A stretch of 64,000 bases of DNA, taken from positions 12,970 to 76,969 of IMG/VR virus record IMGVR_UViG_3300028591_000176. One strand, written 5' to 3'. The position numbers and the translations under genes are program-made. Shown one piece after another: positions 39,067-47,747 of this stretch (position 1 is the first letter of the stretch; the number at the start of each line of letters is the position of its first letter). Origin of the DNA: a virus. Its lineage: Duplodnaviria; Caudoviricetes. The notes under the pieces were generated by a model. That model saw only the letters and a program-made list of their open reading frames with translations, was not told where the DNA came from and made no database searches.

Positions 39067-39309
39067 ATGGGATGGATTTTTATAGACAAGGATGACGAGC
39101 AGAGCCAGCAGAAGATGCGGCAGCAGATGCGTCGTAACATGCGTGGCGGTGGCTATAGTAGCGGTGGCTATAGCGGTGATGGTAATTATCGTGATGGCTA
39201 TCGTCAGGGCTACAAGCACGGCTGGGAGGACAAGTCCGACGAATGGATGGATAACGATGAGGAAATGGATTCCCGTCGCCGTCGTGACAGCCGTGGAAGA
39301 TACATGTAA
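39067..39309 (+). CDS. Low-complexity Arg/Gly/Tyr-rich small protein
   Basis: 80 aa; RGGGYSSGGYSGDGNYRDGYRQGYKHG...RRRRDSRGRYM. Confidence 0.75.
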   Translation: MGWIFIDKDDEQSQQKMRQQMRRNMRGGGYSSGGYSGDGNYRDGYRQGYKHGWEDKSDEWMDNDEEMDSRRRRDSRGRYM

Positions 39310-39394
39310 AAATGGAACAGAAAGCGAAGGGATTGGTGGATATACTCTGCCAATCCTTTCCAATGTTTAAAACATTAAAATAAATTGGAAAGTT

Positions 39395-39793
39395 ATGAAG
39401 CAATATATATCCGAAGGAAGGGCAATGTACGAAGACCAAAATCATGGTCTTTTCAGCAAGAGACTTGCAGAGTGGGCTATTGGTAAGATGCGTATGCAGG
39501 ACGCATCCAATGGCGCGTTGAAAAAGATAGCTGCAAGAAAGCTTGATGATGTCAAGGAAGTGTTGAAAGAGAACAAGGTCGAGCTGCCAGAAGAGTTTTG
39601 CTATACGGCATGGTATTTGTTCAACATGGCTATTGCCGACTACCCGAAGACATTAAAGACTGACGAGCAGCGTGCAATGTTCGTTGAGGAAACGTTGTGC
39701 GACCCTGATGGTATGCCAGAGAATGTTCTTGACTGCTTTGTCGTTAAGATGTGCAATGCTGGCGTTCCGATATATTGGGAGTCATTTTTGTAA
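39395..39793 (+). CDS. Helical hypothetical protein
   Basis: 132-aa ORF in operon. Confidence 0.8.
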   Translation: MKQYISEGRAMYEDQNHGLFSKRLAEWAIGKMRMQDASNGALKKIAARKLDDVKEVLKENKVELPEEFCYTAWYLFNMAIADYPKTLKTDEQRAMFVEETLCDPDGMPENVLDCFVVKMCNAGVPIYWESFL

Positions 39794-39813
39794 TAGCAAT
39801 ACTCTTTAGGCTT

Positions 39814-40203
39814 ATGAAAACAGCGTACATAGACGTTGACGGTTACTGGGGTATAGCAATATGCTATGATTACGATGTTTCTAACCACGAAGATGAACAC
39901 ACTCTATGGGGGTATATGCGTTCATTTGGTATGAAAGAAAGAAGTATCAATAAAGCGTTAAACATTCTCTCGAATTACAACACAGGAATGTGCGTATCAA
40001 ACAATGATGTGCGGATGAGTGGCATATTTATAAGCAAGGCAACAAGTCCGAGTGAATGGTGGTCATCGTGCTTGCATGAACTTAGACATTCAGCACAAGC
40101 AATCATTGATTACTACGGCGCTGATTGGAATGAAGATGATGCTTATCTAACAGGCTTTCTTACTAAACGTGCTGTTGAGATATTGGGAGAACCTTGCAGA
40201 TAG
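39814..40203 (+). CDS. Zincin-like metallopeptidase (HExxH)
   Basis: CLHELRHSAQA followed by NEDDAYLTG; ATG at 39814 is in frame with ORF 39751-40203. Confidence 0.65.
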   Translation: MKTAYIDVDGYWGIAICYDYDVSNHEDEHTLWGYMRSFGMKERSINKALNILSNYNTGMCVSNNDVRMSGIFISKATSPSEWWSSCLHELRHSAQAIIDYYGADWNEDDAYLTGFLTKRAVEILGEPCR

Positions 40204-40230
40204 AGCCTCACTGTTGAGGTTCTATCTTTT
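40199..40230 (+). terminator. Intrinsic terminator closing the six-gene operon
   Basis: GATAGAGCCTCA-CTGT-TGAGGTTCTATC-TTTT. Confidence 0.8.
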
Positions 40231-40827
40231 CAAGATACCAAAGAACCCCTTTTCCGTAATGACTTTTACTTCTCGTTGCTGCACTAATGCTCCCGCAATT
40301 TATGCCTGTTTCTTTTGACGCTTCCAAAATAGAATCAAAAGATTTAATAAAGTTTTTGTTTAAGTCATACATATAAACAGCATGAGGGCTATTTACTGTT
40401 TTGTTTTTGACAAGCGTTGCGTGCCTCTTAATCTTTGTTTGTTCTAACCTTATTCTGTTTAATTGTCTTTCTCTCGTTATGGGGTTATTGCTGTTTTCCT
40501 TTGGAGTACACCACCTAAGATTACTTGATTTGTTGTTTTTGGGATTTCCATCAATGTGGTCAACTTGAATATCATTGTCTCCTTTCTCACAAAAACACAT
40601 TGCAACAAGTCTATGAACTGCAATTTGTTTTCTTGTGTTATTTCGACAAAGAAGCACAAAAGGATAACCTTTTGGGTCACAAGCAAGTGCAAGAACCCTT
40701 TCTTTCGCATGTACATGTGTTCCTTTTTTAGAATAATACCATCTATCCAAAGATTTTACACGCCCAAGGTTACTAACTTGATAAAAGCCTTCCCATCCTT
40801 TGATGTCTTTCCAAATTTCTTGTTCCA
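40208..40827 (-). CDS. NUMOD4-HNH homing endonuclease with C-terminal NUMOD1-like HTH
   Basis: EIWKDIKGWEGFYQVSNLGRVKS, HRLVA, VDHIDGNPKNN..NLRWCT; probable start MEQEIW at 40827. Confidence 0.9.
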
Positions 40828-40835
40828 TTACTATT

Positions 40836-40968
40836 AAAAACGGAAATGCCCCGAAAGAGCCACCACGCATCTAACGGGACAAATCCATTTAGTCGTATAT
40901 ATTCGCTTAGTGGTGGATAAGCGTTTATTTCTTTTGCAAAGATACAAAGAAAGTTTGGAACTTCCAAA
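40836..40968 (-). promoter_or_regulatory. Promoter plus kissing-loop leader of HNH gene
   Basis: TTTG/TATCTTTG (40965-40968/40937-40944); hairpin loops CCACCAC and GTGGTGG are complementary. Confidence 0.6.
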
Positions 40969-40994
40969 TATATTAAGAATATTTAGCAACTTAA

Positions 40995-41098
40995 AATAAA
41001 GCCGAATAAGCGCATTTCTTTTGTTCGGTGGGCAACTATCAAGGAAAGGTAAAGAAAATGCCGTGACTGGCTTAAAAACAAGCAAATCACGGCTTTCT
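40995..41098 (+). repeat. Dispersed ~100-bp intergenic element, copy 2
   Basis: GGTGGGCAACTAT (41027-41039) + 29 nt + GGCTTAAAA (41069-41077). Confidence 0.6.
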
Positions 41099-41099
41099 A

Positions 41100-41276
41100 T
41101 TATTTTATCATGTCCATATTCAGTCGTTTGTAACTAAATCTTAGTTTTTTAATGTCCCAACCATGCTTGCACATATTGGTCTTAAAACGTTTCTTAACCT
41201 TACGAGGCAGACGGTAGCGTTTGCCAGCAATTTTCTTGTGCATCTTGCCTACTGGTCTAAATGCTTTTTGTTCCAT
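41100..41276 (-). CDS. Small basic hypothetical protein (58 aa)
   Basis: MEQKAFRPVGKMHKKIAGKRYRLPRKVKK...; translated by hand. Confidence 0.55.
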   Translation of the reverse strand: MEQKAFRPVGKMHKKIAGKRYRLPRKVKKRFKTNMCKHGWDIKKLRFSYKRLNMDMIK

Positions 41277-41277
41277 A

Positions 41278-41742
41278 TTATTTCATTATATACGCAATTA
41301 GTTGTACAACCCAAGCCACAAACATAATGCCGAACGCCCACCAAAGGTTGCGAATGACTTTCTTTTGGTTTGATATAACTTCTTGGTAAAGCCCAAAGGC
41401 GGCTTTATGGTCTTTAACCCTCTTAGCGTTTCCTTCCTTTGCGTTGTCTTTCAAAACATCATTGCGGTCATAAGACGCTCCAGAACGTACAGAAGCAAGC
41501 ATATCAGCATCTTCTTTTCTTATGAAATTACAGACGCCATCTTCTGATAAATCGCAACCCATTATTTCGGCATAGCCTTTGTCCTTTACCCAAAGTAATT
41601 TTACAAGATTACCTTTTATAGCATCTTCCAATCCTTTCTTGAACGTCTCCTTGTTTTCTTTAACTTTGTCATCAAAGTTCTTTTCGAGTTTAATAAGGCG
41701 TTCGTAGTCTTTCTGACTGATAATAATTCCTTTTGTTTCCAT
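41278..41742 (-). CDS. Hypothetical protein with C-terminal TM helix
   Basis: 154 aa; LWWAFGIMFVAWVVQLIAY. Confidence 0.7.
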   Translation of the reverse strand: METKGIIISQKDYERLIKLEKNFDDKVKENKETFKKGLEDAIKGNLVKLLWVKDKGYAEIMGCDLSEDGVCNFIRKEDADMLASVRSGASYDRNDVLKDNAKEGNAKRVKDHKAAFGLYQEVISNQKKVIRNLWWAFGIMFVAWVVQLIAYIMK

Positions 41743-41754
41743 AAGCGTTAAAGT

Positions 41755-42387
41755 TTAAAGGTGTCCTAAGTTTGGAAAGTAACGTCTTTGACTCTCGTCC
41801 CATTTTGCTATGCAACCACAGTGTTGACAGCGAAAATCAAGTCCTTCTACCGCATAGCCCTCACGATTGCATTGAGGGCAGATAGTATTATACTTTCTTG
41901 GTATCGTAATAAAATGCTTTGTGAAGCTATCTCCTGAATCCAAAGCCCCGCTGTCATACATCGATTTGATAAGTGAGAGAATATCACGTACGGAGGCTTC
42001 TGAAAGGTCTGCTGAACGGTCATGCAGTAAGTTGTTCAGTAGCTTTTGCACATCAGAGCCAGTGAACTTATAGTCTTCAAGTGTGCTAGCCTTTTCTTGC
42101 ACATCAGACTGATACAACGATTCAAACTCGTCTTTCAGCTGTTGGCATTCCTGCGTTTCAAACATTACCTGCGCATCTTTCCTTACCGTCGAAAGGTACT
42201 CTTCTTCATCTTCGCTAGGTATATTACGCTTGAACTCTGCCGTGTCGTACACGTTGGCATAGGCTATCTCTAGCCTTTCTCCCAGCACTACCTGCAAGAC
42301 AAACAGGTATTGTTGCGGCGTAAAATCTACAAGCCGCGTGTGTAGTTGGTTTTGTGAATCTAGATAATTAAGCATGCTATTTGTCAA
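41755..42387 (-). CDS. Helical protein with C-terminal Zn ribbon (small-terminase candidate, unconfirmed)
   Basis: CPQCNR...CQHCG; no other small terminase seen. Confidence 0.45.
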   Translation of the reverse strand: MTNSMLNYLDSQNQLHTRLVDFTPQQYLFVLQVVLGERLEIAYANVYDTAEFKRNIPSEDEEEYLSTVRKDAQVMFETQECQQLKDEFESLYQSDVQEKASTLEDYKFTGSDVQKLLNNLLHDRSADLSEASVRDILSLIKSMYDSGALDSGDSFTKHFITIPRKYNTICPQCNREGYAVEGLDFRCQHCGCIAKWDESQRRYFPNLGHL

Positions 42388-42781
42388 ATAGTTCTGGTTG
42401 TTTGCTATCCCTGACCTCTATGTCTTTAACCTCAACGAGCGTAAACTCAATTCGAGGCGTGTGCTTATCTATGTATTTGTTGGCTACAATCTTTACACAG
42501 TTGCGGTCGTTCTTAATGGCTTTACATGACTGCAAACAATCAAGCAAGCCTTTTAATGAGTTGTCGAGGTCTGGCTGGTTGCTTTGAAAATAAACATCTG
42601 CATAGAGTTCAAAGAAGCCTTGTATATTGCGGTTGCGATAACCACATTGCAAGTAGAAACGTTTCTCAAACTCTTTCATTGCCGATGTCTTTGCAAGGCT
42701 TGCATGCCCGCCTATCGTAATAATCTTGTACGAATTGGACTTACTCGGCACGACCCCGTAAATCACCTGTTCGTGTTTCAT
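42377..42781 (-). CDS. rusA: RusA-like Holliday junction resolvase
   Basis: VPSKSN, PDLDNSLKGLLDCL, IKNDRNC, PRIEF. Confidence 0.85.
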   Translation of the reverse strand: MKHEQVIYGVVPSKSNSYKIITIGGHASLAKTSAMKEFEKRFYLQCGYRNRNIQGFFELYADVYFQSNQPDLDNSLKGLLDCLQSCKAIKNDRNCVKIVANKYIDKHTPRIEFTLVEVKDIEVRDSKQPELFDK

Positions 42782-43206
42782 TTCAGGACATCAAGGAATT
42801 TTGTTTCTTTCAGTTGTTTCATTTCCATATCTTCCAAGCCCTGTTCCATGTACTGCTTGGTAATCATGTGTGCTTCGTTAATGTCACGCGCAAACAATGC
42901 CACAACGTACTTTATCTCCTTTACCTCGTCTTTCTCTTCATCATAAAACCTGTCGGCAATGGTGGCAAAGTATATCTTATAGTTCTCGACAACGCTATAA
43001 ACACTCTCGTCGTTTACTATTTCTTTTAGCTTTGACTTTCTTATTGCGCAAACCTCAAAATTCGTTTCTGAACCAAACACTTCAAACAGCTTGTTTTCAA
43101 CGCCCTCAAAGCTTTCATGTCCTTTCAAGATGTATGAGCGTTTCAATGTCTTGTCATTACCATTCTTGTCAATAATGGTAGATGATATTGTTGCTTCAAA
43201 AATCAT
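42778..43206 (-). CDS. DUF4494-like protein
   Basis: Duplicated fold pattern ending ETKFLDV; recognized from Bacteroidota homolog patterns. Confidence 0.55.
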   Translation of the reverse strand: MIFEATISSTIIDKNGNDKTLKRSYILKGHESFEGVENKLFEVFGSETNFEVCAIRKSKLKEIVNDESVYSVVENYKIYFATIADRFYDEEKDEVKEIKYVVALFARDINEAHMITKQYMEQGLEDMEMKQLKETKFLDVLK

Positions 43207-43209
43207 GTT

Positions 43210-43701
43210 TTATTTTTCTTTTATTGTTATGTTTACCTTGTCTCTAAGATGTCTTGGCACTTGTATGACAATAGTATTGTCTACTGCTGCATTAACATCA
43301 TTTCTCTCACTTAACTTTATGATTCTTTTGATAACCATCCAGCGTTTGTTCCATGCGGGATTGGTGTCAATGAGCATCGTCATTTTCGTAACGCCACTCT
43401 GTATAGTCCTATAGGCAAAAGGATACCCCATCACTTCTAATGCTCTGGCCATCTTCTCATAGCTATCCTGCGTCATATAACGGTATGCGTACCAGAAAAG
43501 CCAGCGTGCGTGCGCATTCCAGATGTAGTTGTTATCATCAAGCATGTCCTTTACCGTTGTTTCGCACACGGATGCCACACATTCGGCTAGGTATTCATAC
43601 ACGCCATGTTCGCTTTTCTTTAGGCAGAGCAGGGCTTGTTCGATATTATCATCTACATGCTCTTTCCAGTCCTGCCTTATCTCTTCATCATTCTTTATCA
43701 T
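43210..43701 (-). CDS. HTH protein resembling DnaA domain IV
   Basis: VASVCETTVKDML...ARWLFWYAYRYMTQDSYEKMA. Confidence 0.45.
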   Translation of the reverse strand: MIKNDEEIRQDWKEHVDDNIEQALLCLKKSEHGVYEYLAECVASVCETTVKDMLDDNNYIWNAHARWLFWYAYRYMTQDSYEKMARALEVMGYPFAYRTIQSGVTKMTMLIDTNPAWNKRWMVIKRIIKLSERNDVNAAVDNTIVIQVPRHLRDKVNITIKEK

Positions 43702-44129
43702 CCTTTTTTCTTCCTCATTTCATTTATACCGTTTATAATCGACTGTTCTGCAAGTGGCATGCGTTCGACGTAGAGGTTTAATCGGTGCTTGTCTTTTCCA
43801 AGAATAGCATCCCACACGCCGATGATGGAATATTTGATTCGCAAGAAAAAGAACTCGCCTCTATATGCAACAACGTTGTCATCAGCGGTCTTTTTCATGT
43901 ACACTTCCCATTGTGGTGTACGCTTTCTTGTGTAATAGCTTTGCGTGTTGATGTCGTATTGCATAATATCATTACGCTTTAGCCACAGGTAGCTATTCCC
44001 GTCATCTTTAAAGTAGACGGCGTTAATAGGCGATATATCAACGCCATCTACTGCAAGCCTGCCTTCATACTGACCGCCAGACTTGCGCTCTACGAAACCA
44101 TTTATATAGCCATACTCGTCATTACTCAT
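43698..44129 (-). CDS. Beta-rich hypothetical protein
   Basis: ORF with probable start MSNDEY. Confidence 0.65.
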   Translation of the reverse strand: MSNDEYGYINGFVERKSGGQYEGRLAVDGVDISPINAVYFKDDGNSYLWLKRNDIMQYDINTQSYYTRKRTPQWEVYMKKTADDNVVAYRGEFFFLRIKYSIIGVWDAILGKDKHRLNLYVERMPLAEQSIINGINEMRKKKG

Positions 44130-44517
44130 AGTCCTCTTCCGTAAGCTCCCAGTTGTCGCAGCATTCAAGCAACCATTTTAGTCGTTCTGGGACTTTAGTG
44201 CCGCCTTTCTCGCGCGACTCAATATCCTTCTCGACATAGCTCTTTAGCTCTGCAATAAGCTCCAATGGTGTCATGTACTGGTTATGGAACTCTTCCTTCC
44301 AGACCGTTTGTGACGTGTCATCCCATTTGTCGCAATAACCAACGCCATCATCATCTCCACAATCGCAACACGGAATATAATTATCCGTTGTAATGGTCGT
44401 CTCTCTTTGTAGTCCAAACGAAGCTAGAATTTCAAAGTCATGTTCTGGTATTACAGGTTCGTTCCAAGGAGCATCAGGCGTGTCTGCTCCGTACGGGTAA
44501 TCATAATTGTTGTACAT
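44122..44517 (-). CDS. Hypothetical phage protein
   Basis: YPYGADTPDAPWNE N-terminus. Confidence 0.65.
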   Translation of the reverse strand: MYNNYDYPYGADTPDAPWNEPVIPEHDFEILASFGLQRETTITTDNYIPCCDCGDDDGVGYCDKWDDTSQTVWKEEFHNQYMTPLELIAELKSYVEKDIESREKGGTKVPERLKWLLECCDNWELTEEDYE

Positions 44518-44543
44518 AATATTGTTGTTTTTATGGTTAGAAA

Positions 44544-45668
44544 TCAATTTATAAGCATTGGCATGATTAGCGAGAGATATTCGTCTTTATTGTCGCCATA
44601 GCATACGGCTGCACGGCTAGGCTCTGTCATTTCGATGGTCACATACGTTGCATCTATGCTTTGCAGAAGCAGGAGAAGAATAGACCCCTTAAAGCCAATC
44701 AAAAGGTCTTCACCCCTATACGAACACAAGACTGTTTCATGTGCCGACTTGCTGAAATCGAAATCCTCTGCGCTGACAACGACTTTTTGGTCACCAAACT
44801 GCAAAGCCACAAGCTCGCTCTTTTCATTTCCCATAGGAAGCACACGGCGCAGGGCGGCAATCATATCACCACGGCTGATAGTAGCCACAGCCTTACATTC
44901 TTTCGGGATAACACGATTATAGTCAGGATAACGACCTTCAATAAGCCTTGCCGTAAGCTTGAAAGACTCATTGCTTATAACAACAGCCTTGTCCGTGAAC
45001 TCAATCTTTACGTCACCATCCGTTGTGCTTAACACCGACATTGCAATGTTTGCGGGTTTCTTTGGCAGCGTAAACGACGACTGTCCTTCGGCAGTAATGC
45101 TAACAGCCGAATCACAATACCGTGCAAGCTTCTGCCCATCGCTAGAGGCTGTTATAATAGCATTAGGCATAATATCGAAATGAATGCCGTTCATTACAGG
45201 ACGAAGCTCATCATTAGCCGTAGCAAACCCAACCTTCTCAATGTCACGAAGAAGATTTTTGCTATAGATAATATAGATAATCTGTGTGGTTGAATTTTCC
45301 ATCGTCGCCATTGACATAGGAAATTCATCTGCGTTTTCATACGGCATGGAGAAACGACCGTTGTTGTAATGGCATGTGATGGTGTTGTTTTCGTTGATAA
45401 CCATCCTTACGCTGTCATCATCAAGGTTACGTAATGCCAGAAGGAAATCATGCGCGTTGATACAAATCTTTGCTTCACCTTCCTGCTCTTTGATTGGGCA
45501 TTTCACGCTAAGCCACACCTCACTGTCGCTTGTCGTAAGAATAGCCTTATCGGGATAGATGTGCATAAGCACATTATCGAGGATAGGCAATGCGTTTTTG
45601 TTACTCACCACCTTTGCGACCAGTGCCAACCGTGGTGTCATTTCTTTTGCTTCAAATATTACTTCCAT
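44544..45668 (-). CDS. dnaN: DNA polymerase III beta sliding clamp
   Basis: KNALPILDNV, ATANDELRPVMNGI, ASSDGQKL, RLIEGRYPDYNRVIP, LIMPM. Confidence 0.93.
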   Translation of the reverse strand: MEVIFEAKEMTPRLALVAKVVSNKNALPILDNVLMHIYPDKAILTTSDSEVWLSVKCPIKEQEGEAKICINAHDFLLALRNLDDDSVRMVINENNTITCHYNNGRFSMPYENADEFPMSMATMENSTTQIIYIIYSKNLLRDIEKVGFATANDELRPVMNGIHFDIMPNAIITASSDGQKLARYCDSAVSITAEGQSSFTLPKKPANIAMSVLSTTDGDVKIEFTDKAVVISNESFKLTARLIEGRYPDYNRVIPKECKAVATISRGDMIAALRRVLPMGNEKSELVALQFGDQKVVVSAEDFDFSKSAHETVLCSYRGEDLLIGFKGSILLLLLQSIDATYVTIEMTEPSRAAVCYGDNKDEYLSLIMPMLIN

Positions 45669-45709
45669 AATTCTTTTGTTTATGTTGAACGTAAAAAGTG
45701 TCTTTTAAA

Positions 45710-45738
45710 AAGCCTACTACTTTCGCAAGCCTCGGCTT
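45710..45738 (-). promoter_or_regulatory. GNRA/bulged-G hairpin, copy D
   Basis: AAGCC GAG G CTT GCGA AAG T AGTA GGCTT then TTT. Confidence 0.6.
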
Positions 45739-45805
45739 CGGAAAAAATGTGTACTGAAAAATCCTAAACTTAAAACAACAATAATATAATAAGATGAAAT
45801 GGCAT

Positions 45806-46087
45806 TTAGCTCTTTCCTCCGCGCGCCCTGCGGTCGCCAGCAGTGTCCGACTTACTACCACGGTTTGTAGAAGACTTCTTGTACACAAGTCCATGCTTCG
45901 TGTGCGACAAGTCTTTTCCTTTCCGTGATGCTTTTCCGTACTTGCGGTCGTGCTGACGATTCTTAACCGTAAGCTCTGAACGCTTTTTGCGCTGTTCCGC
46001 TTTTTTATTAAACTTCCTATTGTACGCATTCTTCTTTGCTCTTGCTCTTGGATGCGTGCGATAGTATCTTGCAGACCTGCTGACCAT
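45806..46087 (-). CDS. Very basic small protein, degenerate HNH-like C-terminus
   Basis: 93 aa; GKDLSH...STNRG. Confidence 0.6.
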   Translation of the reverse strand: MVSRSARYYRTHPRARAKKNAYNRKFNKKAEQRKKRSELTVKNRQHDRKYGKASRKGKDLSHTKHGLVYKKSSTNRGSKSDTAGDRRARGGKS

Positions 46088-46092
46088 TGCTA

Positions 46093-46485
46093 TTAGAATT
46101 TTTGATGTTTAAACTCTTCTACTTTTTCATTAAGCTCGCTTTTCAGCGAACCAAGATGTTCAAAGCTTTCTTTCGGCATCCGTGGCGCACCTGCATGCCA
46201 TGCTTTTAAGTTCATACCGCGCAAGTTGTATTCTGTACACTTGCTATTATATTCTAGCCATTCGGTATATTCATTTTTTGTGACATCATTCTTTACGCAA
46301 AAGATAATGTCATCCATGCTGATGAATAGCCAGTCTATGCAAGCATACAGCCCGCCAATCTCGTCGCCAACCCAATAGCCATATTCGCTATCTAGTTCCC
46401 AATTCTGCAAGAGGGCGTTAAGGTAGTTTGTTACCGACCTTTCGTATTCCTCTTGCAGCAGTGCTTTATGTGCTTTGGTTATCAT
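46093..46485 (-). CDS. Hypothetical phage protein
   Basis: YGYWVGDEIGGLY; probable start MITKAH. Confidence 0.7.
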   Translation of the reverse strand: MITKAHKALLQEEYERSVTNYLNALLQNWELDSEYGYWVGDEIGGLYACIDWLFISMDDIIFCVKNDVTKNEYTEWLEYNSKCTEYNLRGMNLKAWHAGAPRMPKESFEHLGSLKSELNEKVEEFKHQKF

Positions 46486-46486
46486 A

Positions 46487-46951
46487 TTACTTTCCGCTAG
46501 AACCATACGAATCCAATCCCCTATCTGAGCCAGAAAGACTATCAGACTCAACAAACTCAATCTCTGGGTATGGCATAATTACTATCTGACCAATGCGCTC
46601 TCCGACACGATAGTCCCTGTCTTCATTTCGCCTTAGATACACAGAAGGCTCCCACATGGTGGCAAAAGACCAATGTTGTTTAAACTTGAAAGAAATCTCG
46701 CCCCTAAAACCACTGTCCACGACTCCAACCGAGTTGCTTAAAAGCAAATCTTTTTGTGCGTTGCTTGAACGCGGGAATACAAGACCAACGTAGCCTTTAG
46801 GTATCTCGAACGCGATGCCACAACCATAGACAATATTTCCGTCATTATCATGGCTCATGGAATGAGCGTACAAATCGTAGCCAGCATCGGTATCATGAGC
46901 CTTTGTCGGCAATATCGAATCGTTATATAACTTTTTAATTCTTACCTTCAT
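46487..46951 (-). CDS. dut: Trimeric dUTPase
   Basis: AGYDL, PRSSNA, VGVVDSGFRGEI, GERIGQ, RGLDSYGSSG; start MKVRIKKL. Confidence 0.93.
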   Translation of the reverse strand: MKVRIKKLYNDSILPTKAHDTDAGYDLYAHSMSHDNDGNIVYGCGIAFEIPKGYVGLVFPRSSNAQKDLLLSNSVGVVDSGFRGEISFKFKQHWSFATMWEPSVYLRRNEDRDYRVGERIGQIVIMPYPEIEFVESDSLSGSDRGLDSYGSSGK

Positions 46952-47624
46952 CTGCCTGCTCCTCCATTGCACTTTCAAGTTCCTGTTCCTGAATGGCATT
47001 GATGTTCTCTTGCATGACCTGTTCGTCAGTCTTCTTTTCAAACAACGTACGCTCATTCATGTTGGCGGTAAACTCTTGCATCAGTTCGCCAATGCGATTG
47101 ATGAATGACTTGTTTGTGACATCATCCGTTTTCTCTGACAGAACGATGCTGTTACGCGCGATGTTATGCAGGTAGTCCTCATACACAAGGAATGATTCAA
47201 CTTCCGACTCGCCGATAAGGAATAGCGGCTGGAAGATGTTAAAGAGCCACCAGTCAACAAACGTGGCAATATTATATTCTGCTTGCTCCGCCTTATCCTT
47301 TAGCGTTGCCAATAGCTTTGAAAACGAAAGGCCGTTTTCGGTAAGGCAATCGTTATCTAACGTAATATCCACAAGCCTACTTATATACAAGTACGGGCGA
47401 CTAATGCCAGTATTTGTGATGTGTGAAAACAGGTGGCGGTGGTATCCAGTTTCGACAACCGCCGTGTCGCTCGTTACAGTAAGGCGCAAGCCTTTGTCGC
47501 TAAAGAACACAGACTTGGTATCCTTGTCTTTTTCAACAAAGACGACGGCCTGCTTGATTCGTCTTTCAAGCTGTGCCTTTGTCTCTTTCTTTTGTTCTCG
47601 CATTTTAACTTCCATGACTTTCAA
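46935..47624 (-). CDS. Hypothetical protein
   Basis: 229-aa ORF in operon. Confidence 0.75.
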   Translation of the reverse strand: MKVMEVKMREQKKETKAQLERRIKQAVVFVEKDKDTKSVFFSDKGLRLTVTSDTAVVETGYHRHLFSHITNTGISRPYLYISRLVDITLDNDCLTENGLSFSKLLATLKDKAEQAEYNIATFVDWWLFNIFQPLFLIGESEVESFLVYEDYLHNIARNSIVLSEKTDDVTNKSFINRIGELMQEFTANMNERTLFEKKTDEQVMQENINAIQEQELESAMEEQADEGKN

Positions 47625-47747
47625 GTTCTTTAATTCTTGCTTCTATTTGTTTTATCGCATTTTCTATCGTGCAGGTAGGATAGCTCTTTATTACATCTTT
47701 CAGCACGGACACCTGTGCCCGAAGCCTTAATAATCCATAGTCCATCG

